Shown piece after piece: positions 24,413 through 37,936 of a DNA stretch of 64,000 nucleotides. Every line of letters begins with the position of its first letter. The stretch's first letter is position 1. A model generated the notes under the pieces. That model was not told the DNA's origin. It did no database searches and saw nothing but the letters and a program-made list of their open reading frames with translations. The stretch is taken from the NCBI GenBank assembly GCA_951406725.2, contig OX597827.1, positions 18,724,001 through 18,788,000 of the forward strand, given 5' to 3'. The DNA is from Octopus vulgaris. Taxonomy: Eukaryota. The translations under genes were made by a program, and so were the position numbers.

Positions 24413-25145
24413 AATACAATTGACTTTATAAATTTGGTCCTTCATCTAGTACAGCTTATCATAGAGATATTTTCAGCCATTCAATTTGGGGGAGAACTTA
24501 GTTATGAAGTATTTTTCCATATTCCTCCTGAAGGAGGTGTCATTCTTTGGACATTTGTAGAAGGGAAAGATCTTAAATTTTCCTTCTCCACATGTATCTA
24601 GGTGTTTACTCAGTGGTATCTTGCGCAGTTCAGCCTGTCTGACATGTTGTCGGTGAATTCTGGCTCGTTGGCATAAAGAATTTCCAGTTTCACCTATGTA
24701 ATCCTCCTTGCATGTGGGGCAGGTTATGCAGTATATTACATTCTGCGTCTTGCAGTTCATATATGCATTTATGTTGAATATGTGACCACTTTAAATTTCA
24801 TTTCTTTGCCTCCCTCTATGTATTTGCTGGTGGGGTTACTGTAGATCCCACATCTACCATCTCCGCATTCTTTTACAAAGTATTCAGTTTTAGTTTCTGA
24901 TGAGAATTTTGCTCTTGTTACATGTTTATTTAGGTTTTTGTCTTGTCTACTGTTTTTTATGCAATATCTGTTTAGTATGTTTTCCATTCTGGGGCTTTGT
25001 AAGACTATTGGTAGGTTTGAATGTATGATTTGAAACATGTTGGTAACTCCAGGGTTGTGTGTGTTTATGAAAGGGATAATGTCTTCTTTTCTTTTGTTTT
25101 GGAGGTCCTGAGTTGTGTGATGTCCAGTTTCATTGCTCTTGAGAG
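24267..25145 (-). mobile_element. Penelope-like element 3' fragment (linker plus GIY-YIG endonuclease; Cys-rich, Neptune-like)
   Basis: ORF 24473-24760 NVIYCITCPTC..YIGETG...R..H..E..FI...LN; upstream [17 protein letters not shown]; 5' end abuts (TA)n. Confidence 0.9.
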
Positions 25146-25146
25146 T

Positions 25147-25269
<123 letters not shown>

Positions 25270-25351
25270 AAGTAAGGGCAAAGGAAAAAATTTCTAATGC
25301 CAAAATATGCCGAAAATAGACACAAAGTCAATAACCATGTAATTTATAACT

Positions 25352-25434
25352 ACAAGCACGTGTTTCGAATCCCGTTATTACCATATCGGACCCGATATCA
25401 GAGTTAGTTCATAAGAACCTTCCCTTCATCAGTG
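25352..25434 (-). ncRNA. Hammerhead-like motif with long stem II insert
   Basis: Reverse strand CTGATGAAGGGAA...ATTC GAAACACGTG; pairing imperfect. Confidence 0.45.
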
Positions 25435-26055
25435 ATAAATGCGGCAAAGAAATAAGTGAAATACTTTAATATGCTGGCCATCGATAGAATGTTTTCGAAA
25501 AATGTTTATCTTATGTTAGATGTTAATCTAATAGTGTTCACTTGCGGACTCTCTCACTTTATGAGAGGTTTTTTAGTTCGAATCGCACGTGTCTCGAGAT
25601 GGGCTAGAGAGTTTCTATTTTGGATATATTTAGGGTACTTAATTGTGCTCATGACTTAGTGTTCACTTCTTCCATGGGTATAAATAAGTATTTCACTTAT
25701 TTCTTGTTCACCCTTAGAATTACCAAATAACCGGTAATATTACGGTATATTTCCAAGTCTAGGTTTAGGCATTCATCATGGATGCGTTAGCATCGATGTC
25801 AAGGGTTTACTAACGGGGCTGCAATTATACATCAACTGAGGAGATACAACTGGATCCCACAGCTGGATCCCATTATACAGGTAAACCATTGCTTACTTTA
25901 AATCCTGTGTATATGTGGATTTATGTTGTATCGAGAGACATGTGTAGGTGTTTAACCGTACTCCTTCATGCTGACTCTATTTTTATATATATGATATATG
26001 ATAGACCGTTAGCTCCTACACGCATTTTTTTCTCTCCTTGTTTCTTTTCTGTGTA

Positions 26056-26093
26056 TCTTTCTGTCGAAGAGCGTAGGCTCGAAACGTAAAAGA
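26056..26093 (+). ncRNA. Hammerhead-like motif, A6U core variant, in pLTR-like element 26000-26190
   Basis: TCTTT CTGTCGA A GAGC gtag GCTC GAAACGTA AAAGA. Confidence 0.62.
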
Positions 26094-26212
26094 CTTGTTC
26101 TATTTCTATTCCTCAGCGCCATACTAATACATTTGTTTGTTTGTAGTCCACCTGCCTTCGTCTTTTGTTTATTTTCGTAAACCTTCCCGGTATATATATA
26201 TACATATATATA

Positions 26213-26345
26213 GGCGCAGGAATAGCTTTGTGGTAAGTCGCTAGCTTACCAACCACATGGTTCCAGGCAAGTGTCATCTACTGCAGCCTCAGTCCGACCA
26301 GAGCCTTGTGAGTGGATTTAGTAGACGGAAACTGAAAGAAGCCCG

Positions 26346-26390
<45 letters not shown>

Positions 26391-26737
26391 GGAGTAAACA
26401 CATAAATGTGAAACAAGGTGCAAAAAAGAGTACTCAAATACCAGTGGTAGAGTAATATGCTTTATTTAAAGCAACAGAAAATTCAACAAAACCTGTTACT
26501 CTGAGTTTCCCGTTGCCGTTCGTCGGACAGTTTTTTCTAGAATGGAACATATCGGTTCCATTCTAGCAAAAACTGTCCGATGAACGGCAACGGGAAACTC
26601 AGAGTAACAGGTTTTGTTGAATTTTCTGCTGCTTTAAATAAAGTATGATTTTGATTTTTTGATTTTTCCAGTTTCAGCTAATGAGCTGTGGCCATGCTGG
26701 GGCACCGCCATTTGATAATACATAGAGTATATATAGA

Positions 26738-26799
<62 letters not shown>

Positions 26800-27022
26800 T
26801 TGTGTGTGTGTGTGTGTTTGTCTGAGTTTGTCACTCCACCATCGCTTGACAACCGATGTTGGTGTGTTTACGCCCCTGTAGCCTAGCGGTTCGGCAATAA
26901 GCGACCAATAGAATAAGTACTAGGCTTACAAAGACTAAGTCCTCGGGTCGATTTGTTCGACTAAATGTGGTGCTCCAGCATGGCCGCGGTCAAATGACTG
27001 AAACAAACAAAAGAATAAAAGA
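26213..27022 (+). mobile_element. SINE family A with insertions in its internal (TA)n
   Basis: 5' half 26213-26348, 3' half 26800-27022. Confidence 0.85.
26389..26645. mobile_element. Inverted pair of hammerhead-bearing short elements
   Basis: Arms about 26460-26548 and 26555-26643; motif CTGT CCGATGA ACG gcaa CGG GAAACTCAGAGTA ACAG at 26573-26610 (+) and 26493-26530 (-). Confidence 0.75.
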
Positions 27023-27350
27023 ATATATATATGTAAATATTTATGTGTGTGCGTGTGTGTCCGTGTTTGTCACCTAGAAATCGCTTGACAAAAACGACCG
27101 ATGGAATAAGTCCTCGGGTGGATCTCTTCGATTATAATCCTTTAAGATGATGCTCCAGCATGGTCGCAGTCAAATGACTGAAATAAGTAAAAGAATAGAA
27201 GAATAAAACAGGTGCGCGGCTAAAAACGGTGGAGGAACACTAACATACAGCTACACATCGCCATATTCTTACAAAACTCGAAACTTCTTACACTGCCTTC
27301 CTATCATCCTCTCCCTCCTCTTACTCCCTTCTCATTCACTCTCTCTCTCT

Positions 27351-27393
<43 letters not shown>

Positions 27394-27534
27394 GTTTCTC
27401 TCTCTCTCTCTCTCCCGGACGAACGCAAAGGTACGCTCTAGATAAAACAGAAATAACCAGTCGTCGAAACTTCTTAAAACGCGAGGCTGTTCATGAGGTG
27501 CTTTCTACTAGTTTAACCACGAGGCTCACTTATA

Positions 27535-27751
27535 CTTTTTTACTTGTTTCAATCATTTGACTGTGGCCATGCTGGAGCACCGCCTTTTAGTCGAGCAAAT
27601 CGACCCCAGGACTTATTCTTAGTAAGCCCGGTACATATTCTATCGGTCTCTTTTGCCGAACTGCTAATTTACGGGGACGTAAACACACGAGCATCGGTTG
27701 TCAACCGATGTTTTTTTGGGGGGGAGGGACAGACACACAAACACACACACA

Positions 27752-27831
<80 letters not shown>

Positions 27832-27985
27832 CGACGGGCTTCTTTCAGTTTCCGTCTACCAAGCCCACTCACAAGGCTTTGGTCGGCCCGAGGATATAGT
27901 AGAAGACATTTGCGCAAGGTGCCACGCAGTGCGACTGAAACCAGAACTATGTGGTAGGGGAGCAAGCTACTTACCACACAGCCAC
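27535..27985 (-). mobile_element. SINE family A
   Basis: Reverse copy with internal (TA)n(TG)n. Confidence 0.9.
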
Positions 27986-28077
27986 GAAGCTGAATGTATG
28001 CTTTGTAAAACAATGCATGTGTGAAGTTGGTCTATTGTTTATCCACAAACACACTGTCCCAGTAATTAAATACTTTA

Positions 28078-28151
<74 letters not shown>

Positions 28152-28227
28152 CGTCTATTAGTATTTTCTTTGTTTCAGTAATTTGACTGCGGTATTTCAC
28201 GGACACATAAACACATTCTCTCTCTCG

Positions 28228-28278
<51 letters not shown>

Positions 28279-28307
28279 GTATATATATATATGTAAATAT
28301 ATATATG

Positions 28308-28356
<49 letters not shown>

Positions 28357-28625
28357 ACACATACACGTGTATGTATGTACATATACATACACATGTATGT
28401 ATGTATGTATGTATGTATGTATGTATGTATGTATGTACGAGTGTAAATGTATGATTATATACATCTGAAAAGAAACGTATGACGTGACTCACTAATCTAG
28501 TAATCCTGTCTCGTTACTGGCGTCGAGCGAATAGTACACACACACACACACACACATATATCTGTATATGTGTGTGTGTATATATATATGTATGTAAAGA
28601 TGTGAATATATATATTTATATATAT

Positions 28626-28663
<38 letters not shown>

Positions 28664-28802
28664 GTATATATATACATATATATATATGTATGTATGTATA
28701 CACCCACACGAAACCAGGCTAAATCGTGTACCCATTTGTACACAAAGATACATGCATAAGCATAAATCTATATATAACAAAGCCTATCTATACACACACA
28801 CT

Positions 28803-28850
<48 letters not shown>

Positions 28851-28895
28851 CGCATACACACACGCACACACAGAGAGACATACCTATATATACGT
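28078..28895. repeat. Compound (CA)n/(TA)n/(TATG)n microsatellite block
   Basis: Direct reading. Confidence 0.9.
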
Positions 28896-29241
28896 TTCTC
28901 TGGGTGCGTTTGAGGTGGGCGGGGTGCGTGTGTCAGTGTCCGTGCGCTTTTCTGTATGCAAGAAGGTGTTATTACGTGTCAGTTTGTTTTTTTGTGGGAG
29001 GTGGTGGGAATAAAAAGCTTGATTCCCAACCATATGGTTCTGGGTTCAGTCCCACTGGGCGGCACCGTGGGCTACTATAACCTCATATTGACCAAAGCCT
29101 TGTGAGTGGATTTTGTAGACGGAAACTGAAAGAAACCCGTCGCATACATATATACATACATACATAGATACACACACATACACACACATATATATATATA
29201 TATTTTTATATATATACACATACATACATACATATATATAT

Positions 29242-29360
<119 letters not shown>

Positions 29361-29533
29361 TGACATAGCAGTTCGGCAAGAGAGGCTGATGCAATAAACA
29401 CCAGGTTTAAAAAAAAATGTACTGGGGTCAATCCATTCAAGTAAAATTCTTCAAAAAAGACACACACACACACGCATATATATATATATACAATATATAT
29501 ATATATACAAATGTATAAGTATATATATATGTA

Positions 29534-29567
<34 letters not shown>

Positions 29568-29580
29568 CATATATATATAC

Positions 29581-29625
<45 letters not shown>

Positions 29626-30085
29626 CCACCTCACGTTCCCTATCCATTCCCATTCCCAACCAGCGCATCCATTACACTCACTCCCACATAACCCACCTCT
29701 AACCCCACCCTCAGCCTAAGCCACACCCCACCCATGCTTTTCCCACTCTCGCCCACCCCACCCGCCAACACCACTAGACCATACACCACTACACCATACA
29801 CCACCATACCACTCAACACCACACATACATTAGCACTGACCTCTTTCCAGCCCCACATTCACACACCTACACATATACACACGCACACATCAAGGTCACC
29901 AGCCCTCTTCCACACGCACATACATACTTTCTTATACACACACACGCACAGCTTTGTTTTGGGATCACCATCACATTATTATCTCCCCTTCTTCCTAGCT
30001 CTCCTATGTGATTCCTCTATCCAGGATTCGCCATGATAAATCGCTAGCCACTACTTTATTTTCTCTCCTTGTTTCTTTCTGTGTT

Positions 30086-30123
30086 CCTTTCTGTGGAAGA
30101 GCGTAGGCTCGAAACGTTAATGA
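30086..30123 (+). ncRNA. Hammerhead-like motif, A6U variant, degenerate stem I
   Basis: CTGTGGA A GAGC gtag GCTC GAAACGTT; same family as 26056. Confidence 0.5.
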
Positions 30124-30255
30124 CTTTTTCACATCCCGAACGTTATACTAATACATCTGTTTGTTGTTTACACCACCTGTCTTCATCTTTTGTTTTTTTT
30201 TTGTGAATTCTCCCCTATATATGTACCTAAGTATGTATACTCGTAGGTATATTTA

Positions 30256-30530
30256 TATTGCAGCGTGGAAGGTGTTTATAAGCCGTTTAAAAACACACAC
30301 AAACCGTTAGATTCACTTCAGCATTTAAATTTAATTTGCCAAAATATTTCCGTCGCTTTGAGACCGCGACCTGTTCACTAACAAAATTCCGTGCTGCAGT
30401 TTTGTCAGTTAACAGGTTGTGGTTTTAACGGTTTTTGTGTGTTTTCAAATGGCCTTCCACGTTGCAATTTTTTTTTGTTTTAGCACACTATCTCAGATCA
30501 GGTCATTTTCTATGCAAGTACATCTCCCTA
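30256..30530. mobile_element. Decayed inverted pair of the element seen at 61407-61805
   Basis: Shares TTGCAGCGTGGAAGGTGTTTATAAGCC and GACCGCGACCTGTTCAC. Confidence 0.75.
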
Positions 30531-30947
30531 TATTTATATTTACTTACAACAAATAATTTCCAATAGAATAACCTGATGCAGCCATTGAGGAAAGTCGTTG
30601 GATAACCGTATAATATTTTTAATATTACATAATATGCCTCCGGTGTTCCTTTTGAAACAGTTGTAGTGCTTGACTATTTCTTCTGTTCCTTTTAGTTACA
30701 GATTTGATTATCGCACAATAGGCAACATATGATGCTTTCTAACTGAAGTTGTACAGCATCTATTATCTCATCGGAATTTTCTGTCTAATTTCGATATAAG
30801 GCAAAATGTATTTGATGAATTGATTAATAAAATTCGGTGATCAATCATCTATTCATTTGTGTTTTCTATACAAGCCTATTTTTGCTAGATACTAACCAAC
30901 TATTATTTTTTTTACCACGATCGATTGATTGACCCTTTATTACGTGA

Positions 30948-31180
30948 AGGTGCGTAGCTTAGTGGTTAGGGTACTCGGCTCGCGATCGTAAGGTCGTAGT
31001 TTCGATTCCAGTTGGTGCTTTGTGTCCTTGAACAAAACACTTCATTTCACAATGCTCCAATCGAACCGCCAGCTAGCAAAAGTGACTAGTACTTATAATT
31101 CAAAGGGCCAGCCTTGTCACATTCCGTGTCACGCTGAATCTCCCTGAGATCTACGATAAAGGTACATGTATCTGTCAAGT
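30948..31180 (+). mobile_element. SINE family C
   Basis: tRNA head plus CAAAGGGCCAGCCTTGTCACA Ceph-like segment. Confidence 0.8.
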
Positions 31181-31236
31181 ACTTCAGAGTTATTAAGGAC
31201 ATTCAGGATGGGCTATTGGCGTCTAAGGTTACTTGT

Positions 31237-31465
31237 ATTGGGTTGTCCGGAAAGTTCGTGCCGATTTATAGTAGCTTACCTTTCGACTTATTTTAGAACA
31301 TGGTTGAGTCCATGAAATAGGATTTGACTACATCTCCATTTAGAGCATAGTTTAAGCTATCTTTTCGTGGAAGAAGATTTATGTTCCTATAACCTGTATT
31401 AATTCTGTAACCCTTTAAAATGGAAAATAAGGAAGTTCATTTTCGGCACTTGATGCTTTGGGAAC
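31237..31465 (+). mobile_element. Mariner 5' end (TIR and transposase start)
   Basis: TA-TTGGGTTGTCCGGAAAG TIR-like start; MENKEVHFRHLMLWE resembles the N-terminus of Mos1-type transposases. Confidence 0.7.
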
Positions 31466-31927
31466 CAGACAAAATTTGCTATAGACGCAAAACCTGAAAT
31501 TTTGGAGGATGGGGTTAGTCGATTACATCGGCCCCAGAAGTGCTAAATAATTGCTGGCCTTGTGCTAAAATTTAAACCCATTGTTTTGGCCGTTGTTGTT
31601 GTTGTTGTAGTGATAATGGTAGTTGTGGTGGTGGTGGTGGCGGTGCCTGGTTGTAGTGGCGGACCGATTGATCTCGGTGGGTTTGTTTTGTTTGGTATTA
31701 TTATCAATGTTGTTGTTCTTCTAGCTGTTGTTCTTCTTGCTACTGTGGTCCGCTGTTGATGATGATGATGATGACGACGACGACGACTACGATGGCAACG
31801 ATGATGATGATGATGACGATGATGACGTGTTTGTGGTAATTGCTGTTGGGATTACCGTTGTTATTGTAGTTCAGACATAGTGTCTACTACCGATGCCTTT
31901 GCGTGCGTGCGTGCGTGCGTGTATGTA

Positions 31928-31981
<54 letters not shown>

Positions 31982-32314
31982 GGTGTGGTGGGCTGAGTCA
32001 GTAGGAATTACGGGAGGAAGAGGAGGTAGGTGAATCGGGTGCAGTTCAAGATGGGATGGTATAACAAATTGCATTTTCGTGTTTTGTTGTTGCTTTTCCA
32101 CTGTTTGCTTTTCGCTATTTTGACGACATTTTCATTAAGGAAAGACGCTCTGGGAGACATTGGAGAGGCAACAGGAACACGTCACACAACAACTCTTGTA
32201 ACACGCGTTTGGTGGTTCTCCATCGTTCGACGATGAGGATCCAGTTGTCCAATCAACTTCGTTCCATCCTGTATTCGCATGGAATTGAATAATTGACTGG
32301 ACATTCCACAGATA

Positions 32315-32528
32315 CTCTTTTTACTCTTTTACTTGTTTCAGTCATTTGACTGTGGCCATGCTGGAGCACCGCTTTTAGTCGAGCAAATCGACCCCCCAGG
32401 ACTTATTTTTTTTGTAAGCCTAGTACTTATTCTATCGGTTTTTTCTTTTGCCGAACCGCTATGTTACGCGGACGTAAACACACCAGCATCGGTTGTCAAG
32501 CGATGTTGGGGGGACAAACACAGACACA

Positions 32529-32597
<69 letters not shown>

Positions 32598-32763
32598 GCA
32601 TATATACGGCGGGCTTCTTTCAGTTTCCGTCTGCCAAATCCACTCACAAGGCTTTGGTCGGCCGGAGGCTATAGTAGAAGACACTTGCCCAAGGTGCCAC
32701 AGAGTGGGACTGAACCCGGAACCATGTGGTTGGTAAGCAAGCTACTTACCACACAGCCACTCC
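32315..32763 (-). mobile_element. SINE family A
   Basis: Near full-length reverse copy. Confidence 0.92.
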
Positions 32764-33165
32764 TACACCTTTATCGTGCCGTTAACGTATTTCTTATGTT
32801 ATTATTATTAGTTTGTCGAGGGTGGTGAGCTGGCAGAATCATTAGGATACTGGACGAAATGTTTAGTGATATTTCTCCGTCACTACGTTCTGAGTTCAAA
32901 TTCCGCCGAGGTCGATTTTGCCTTACATCCTTTCGGGGTCGTTAAATTAAGTATCAGTGAAACACAGGGCTCGATGTAATCGACTGTCCCCCTCCCCCCA
33001 AAAATTTCAGGCCTTGTACTTGTATTAGAAAGCAATATTAGTTCATCAAGGGCGGTGGCATTTCGTCAGTCTTTACCTTCTGAGTTCAAATTCCACTGAG
33101 GTTGACTTTGCCTTTCATTCTCTCGAATATACCCCGGCCCAAAAGTTCAGGTCTTGTGCCTATTG

Positions 33166-33422
33166 TATTGGGTTGCTGCATAATTATTGCGGCATTTTTT
33201 CAACAAATTTTATTCTACAAAAACAACAACAATATTTAACAAAAAAACATCTTTAAATGACGGTCTGACCCTCTGCCAAGCAAATGGGAAGCGGTAATTG
33301 AAGTAGATGGTGAATATGCTCCGGAATAATAATTTAAAGATGTTTTTATTACATGTTGTTATTGTTTTTGTTGAATAAAATTTGTTGAAAAAAAGCCGCA
33401 ATAATTATGCACCGACCCAATA
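33166..33422. mobile_element. Mariner-derived MITE
   Basis: TA-TTGGGTTGCTGCATAATTATTGCGGC ... GCCGCAATAATTATGCACCGACCCAA-TA. Confidence 0.85.
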
Positions 33423-33437
33423 GAAAGGATACTTATT

Positions 33438-33700
33438 AGTTCGTCCGTCGTTGTCGACGATGACCAAAGACATCACATTGGTGAAGAAGACGTCGCACGG
33501 TGTGTCCGGCTGTCGCCAGTCAGTCCGATGCATACATGGGAGGGCTCTGCTGCAAATCGGGCACTAGTGGTCTGTTGGGACTGAAATGAAAGAGTTGGCT
33601 TTGAACTTGTGTAGTTGGCCTTTACTTTGTGCCCCTGCAATTCTGTTCTGTTTGTAGGACGTGACCAAAAGTTTCTCAGATACTGCGTACCACAGTGCGA
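33438..33700 (-). pseudogene. RTE-like LINE 3' fragment
   Basis: Reverse strand gives CPICSRAL..IGL..RTH zinc-finger-like C-terminus and CATCGTCGACAACGACGGACGAAC tail. Confidence 0.5.
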
Positions 33701-33927
33701 GTAAAGGGTTTTTCTATTTCTTCAAACTTGTAAGGTTGTGACTTGGTAGAATCATGACCACATCGGATAAAATGCTAAGCGGCACTTCTGGGGTCGATGT
33801 AATCGACTAACCCCATCCCCCAAAATTTCAGGCTTTGTGTCTATAGTAAAAAGATTACGTATTAAGGTGACGAGCATGTATAACCGTTAGCACGCCAAAT
33901 AAAATGCTTACCGGTATTTCGCCCGAA

Positions 33928-34426
33928 AGGCGGCGAGCTGGCAGACACGTTAGCACGCCGGGCGAAATGCGTAGCCGTATTTCGTCTGCCGTTACGTTCT
34001 GAGTTCAAATTCCGCCGAGGTCGACTTTGCATTTCATCCTTTCGGGGTAGATAAATTAAGTACCTGTTACGCACTGGGGTCGATGTAATCGACTTAATAC
34101 CTATGTCTGTCCTTGTTTGTCCCCTCTGTGTTTAGCCCATTGTGGGTAATAAAGAAATAGGTATTTCGCCCGAAAGGCGGCGAGCTGGCAGAAACGTTAG
34201 TACGCTGGCAGAAACGTTAGCACGCCGGGCGAAATGCGTAGCCGTATTTCGTCTGCCGTTACGTTCTGAGTTCAAATTCCGCCGAGGTCGACTTTGCCTT
34301 TCATCCTTTCAGGGTCGATAAATTAAGTACCAGTTACGCACTAGGGTTGATGTAATCGACTTAATCCGTCTGTCTGTCCTTGTTTGTCCCCTCTATGTTT
34401 AGCCCCTTATGGGTAGTAAAGAAATA
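33928..34426 (+). mobile_element. Two tandem SINE family B copies inside an older B copy
   Basis: GGTATTTCGCCCGAA precedes both heads. Confidence 0.9.
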
Positions 34427-35362
34427 CGTATTTCGTCTGTCATTATGTTCTCACTTCAAATCCTGCTAGGGTCGATTTTGACATTCATCCATTCGGGATC
34501 GATAAAATAAGTACCAGTCATACACTGGTGTTGATGTAATCGTGTAGCAACTTCTCCTTCAGGCTTTATGTCAATGGCAAAGAGGATTACTTAAAACATA
34601 CTGGCTGAATCACTGAGAAGTTCATTTCCCAACCTCAAGGTTTCGGTTTCGATCATACTGCGTGACACCTTGGTATTTTAGAGCAAATGTAATTTATTTT
34701 TATAACTTGAATTACAGAATTACGGGTACGATCCACCCGACAGGTTTCTATACAGTTTCCACATATCTTTTTTCACAGAAAAGGAATGGGTCGCAAAAAC
34801 GTTACAAAAAAATTGTATCTGTCCAAGATGCAGAGATGCCACGCGGTGTGATTGAAACAAGAACCTCGTGGTTGTGAAGTGAAAGTGTTGACCATTCGGC
34901 TAACATGTTTTTCAGTATTAAAAACCTAGCCAGACATCACTTGCATTTTTAGGAGGTAATACGTGGGCGGTGAACTGGTGTAGTCGTTAGAGCATAGAAT
35001 AACATCCATTGTGATACTTACTTCGGATCTGCACGCTTCGGTTTCAAATCGTTCCGATGTCAGCTTACCTATTATTTTACCCCCTTTCAGTTTCAGTTTC
35101 AGGTCAGGTGTGGGTGTATACGCCGTCGCAGTGCGTCGCACCATGCAGCATTTGTAGCTATCTTCATAGGTGGTTCTAGGCCACTTTCCGGACATCTCTG
35201 TGAATTACTTCCTCCTCCGACGTAACCATGTGATCGGTGACCGACTTACACGATCCGTCACCCTATGCGGATCCTCATTCTCAGAGAATAGAACACGATG
35301 CCCTGCACGCATCCTGTTATTTGTATGATTCAGGAGCTGACGTACTCACACGCATACATATA

Positions 35363-35585
35363 TACGGGTGGGGGTGCTGAAAGTTCCTGGCTTTGGGTTA
35401 AAGAAAATACAGGAGGATCAGTTAATTATGATTTTATGCAACATAGTCCCCTCTCAGATTCACGCACTTACTGCAGCGGTCTTTCATTTTTTATAAGCCC
35501 TGTAAAAGAACTCGGAATATTGGGACTCCAACCAGGCTTTTCACGATACCCTTAAAGCCAAGAACTTTTCAGGACCCACCTCGTA
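35363..35585. mobile_element. Mariner-type MITE
   Basis: TA-CGGG..GTGCTGAAAGTTCCTGGCTTT ... AAAGCCAAGAACTTTTCAGGACCCACCTCG-TA. Confidence 0.7.
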
Positions 35586-35780
35586 TGTGTACTCTTTCAT
35601 CGGAAAGGAAATGGCGGAGTCCATTTTTGGTATTTTCTTCAGACGTTCTAAGACCTGTGGGACGAATTAAGCCACAAAGAGGCCATCCGACTCAAATTAT
35701 TTAAACGGAGAGACAAGTAACAGGATGCAACCATGGTTTCTTGAGTATAGTCGTTGGTAGGATACGAAATCCAACAAATG

Positions 35781-36330
35781 GGCGCAGGCGTGACTGTGTG
35801 GTAAGAAGTTTGCTTAAGGCGGCGAGCCGGCAGAAACGTTAGCGCGCCGGGCAAAATGCTTCCGGGTATTTCGTCCGCCATTACGTTCTGAGTTCAAATT
35901 CTGCCGAGGTCGACTTTGCCTTTCATCTTTTCGGGGTTGAAAGTACCAGTTACGTACTGGGGTCAATGTAATCGACTTAATCCCTTTGTCTGTCCTTGTT
36001 TGTCCCCTCTCTGATGGCAATAAAGAAATAATATGTTTGCTTCCAAACAACATGGGTCCAGGTTCAGTCTCACTGCAAGGCACCTTGGAAAAGTCTCTCG
36101 TATATACATATCTACGTGTGTGCGTCTTTGTTCGTACCCCACCACTGCTTGACAACCGATGCTGGTGTGTTTACATTCACGTAACTTAGCGGTTCAGCAA
36201 AAGAGAACGATAGAATAAGTGCCAGGCTATAAAATGGTTAGAGTACTGGGTCGATTAATTCGACTAAGAATTCTTCAAGGCGGTACTCCAGCATGGCCAC
36301 AGTCTAATGAATGTAAGAGATAAACGATAA
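35781..36330 (+). mobile_element. SINE family A with nested SINE B (35817-36030)
   Basis: GTTTGCTT duplicated either side of the B copy. Confidence 0.85.
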
Positions 36331-36459
36331 AATACGCATTGAAACAAATTATAGACGTATATAAATAATCACCTATATAGACCAGACTGGGATGTTGCTA
36401 TACAACGCTGGTCACAATGCGTTTCTAATTCTTTTTTTGTTGCACCATTCTTTTGCATT

Positions 36460-36673
36460 TATCTTTTATCTTTTATCTTTTACTTGTTTCAGTCATTTGA
36501 CTGCGGCCATGCTGGAGCACCGCCCTTAATCGAGCAACTCGACCCCGGGACTTATTCTTTTGTAAGCCCAGTACTTATTCTATCGTTCGGTTTTGCCCAA
36601 CCGCTAAGTTACGGGGACGTAAACACACCAGCATCGGTTGTCAAGCAATGCTAGGGGGACAAACACATACACA

Positions 36674-36710
<37 letters not shown>

Positions 36711-36885
36711 ATATATATATACGACGGGCTTCTTCCAGTTTCCGTCTACCAAATCCACTCACAAGGCATTGGTCGGCCCGAGGCTATAGTAGAAGACACT
36801 TGCCCAAGGTGCCACGCAGTGGGACTGAACCCGGAACCATGCGGTTGGTAAACAAGCTACTTACCACACAGCCACTCTTGCGCCT
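36460..36885 (-). mobile_element. SINE family A
   Basis: Full-length reverse copy. Confidence 0.92.
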
Positions 36886-37115
36886 ATTCTTCAACAACAT
36901 GGCATATCAACAGCAAAAAACAAAAAGAAGAAACACAGCTGCTGATCCCTGGAAAAAAAAACAACCTCGGAGGACCACGCACATAAATGAGAATCGTTCC
37001 CTTCATTAGTAAAATTGTTATTTTGGCCAAACATGTATCAGTGTTTCTCGTCATTTGACAATGCATTAACAAGGAGCAGTTAAAAAATAAAATTATACAA
37101 CGCAAAATGAAACTA

Positions 37116-37316
37116 TTTTTTTACTTACTTCACTCATTAGAATTTCGGCCATGCTGGAGCATCGCCTTGAAGTATTTCAGCCGAATGAATCGACCCCAGT
37201 ACTTAAAGTTTAAGCCTGGTACTTTATTCTATCGGTATCTTTTGTCGAACCGCTAAGTTACGGGGGGAATAAACACACCAGCGGTGGTGGAGGAGACAAA
37301 TATAGATACAAAGACG

Positions 37317-37380
<64 letters not shown>

Positions 37381-37545
37381 CGACGGGATTCTTTCATTTT
37401 CCACCAAACAAATCCACTCACAGGGCTTTGGTCGGCCCGGGGCTGTAGTAGAAGACAATTGCTCAAAGTGACTCGCAGTGGAACTGAACTCGAAACCGTG
37501 TAGTTCGGAAGTAAACTTCTTTACACACATCCACAGTTGCGCCTT
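37116..37545 (-). mobile_element. SINE family A, older copy
   Basis: Diverged head, body and tail. Confidence 0.8.
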
Positions 37546-37936
37546 GTTGATGGTGGTATCTAGAAAGTTTATTAATAACAAAGTACCAAACACGATTTAG
37601 CATACAGAGGGCGCACCCTAACATCATTAGTCTCCACCGCCAAATTGTTTCTTGATTGCTTAAACAAATCTGGGATAAATGACCATAATTTCAAATCCGG
37701 TGATAATGACTTTTTTCGTTAAAACAAACATTCCCATGATTCTAACCGACAATTAAAAATATAATTAGTGACTAATAACCATAGTATTCAAAGCGAACCA
37801 ACGAGGAAGCCTCTACATGGTCACACGAATTGCTGGAAATAACAGCTAAATCTCTATCATATCCTATAGTTTTAAATAAGGTTGATTGGTAGTACAACAA
37901 TCTACCATGATTTCTCTACTAAATTTCCTGTCCCTC

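Noticed and set aside
27330-27436. Inr-like TCATTC, CT tract and AAG|GTACGC donor suggesting a first exon
   Set aside because: Motifs too short and no further support
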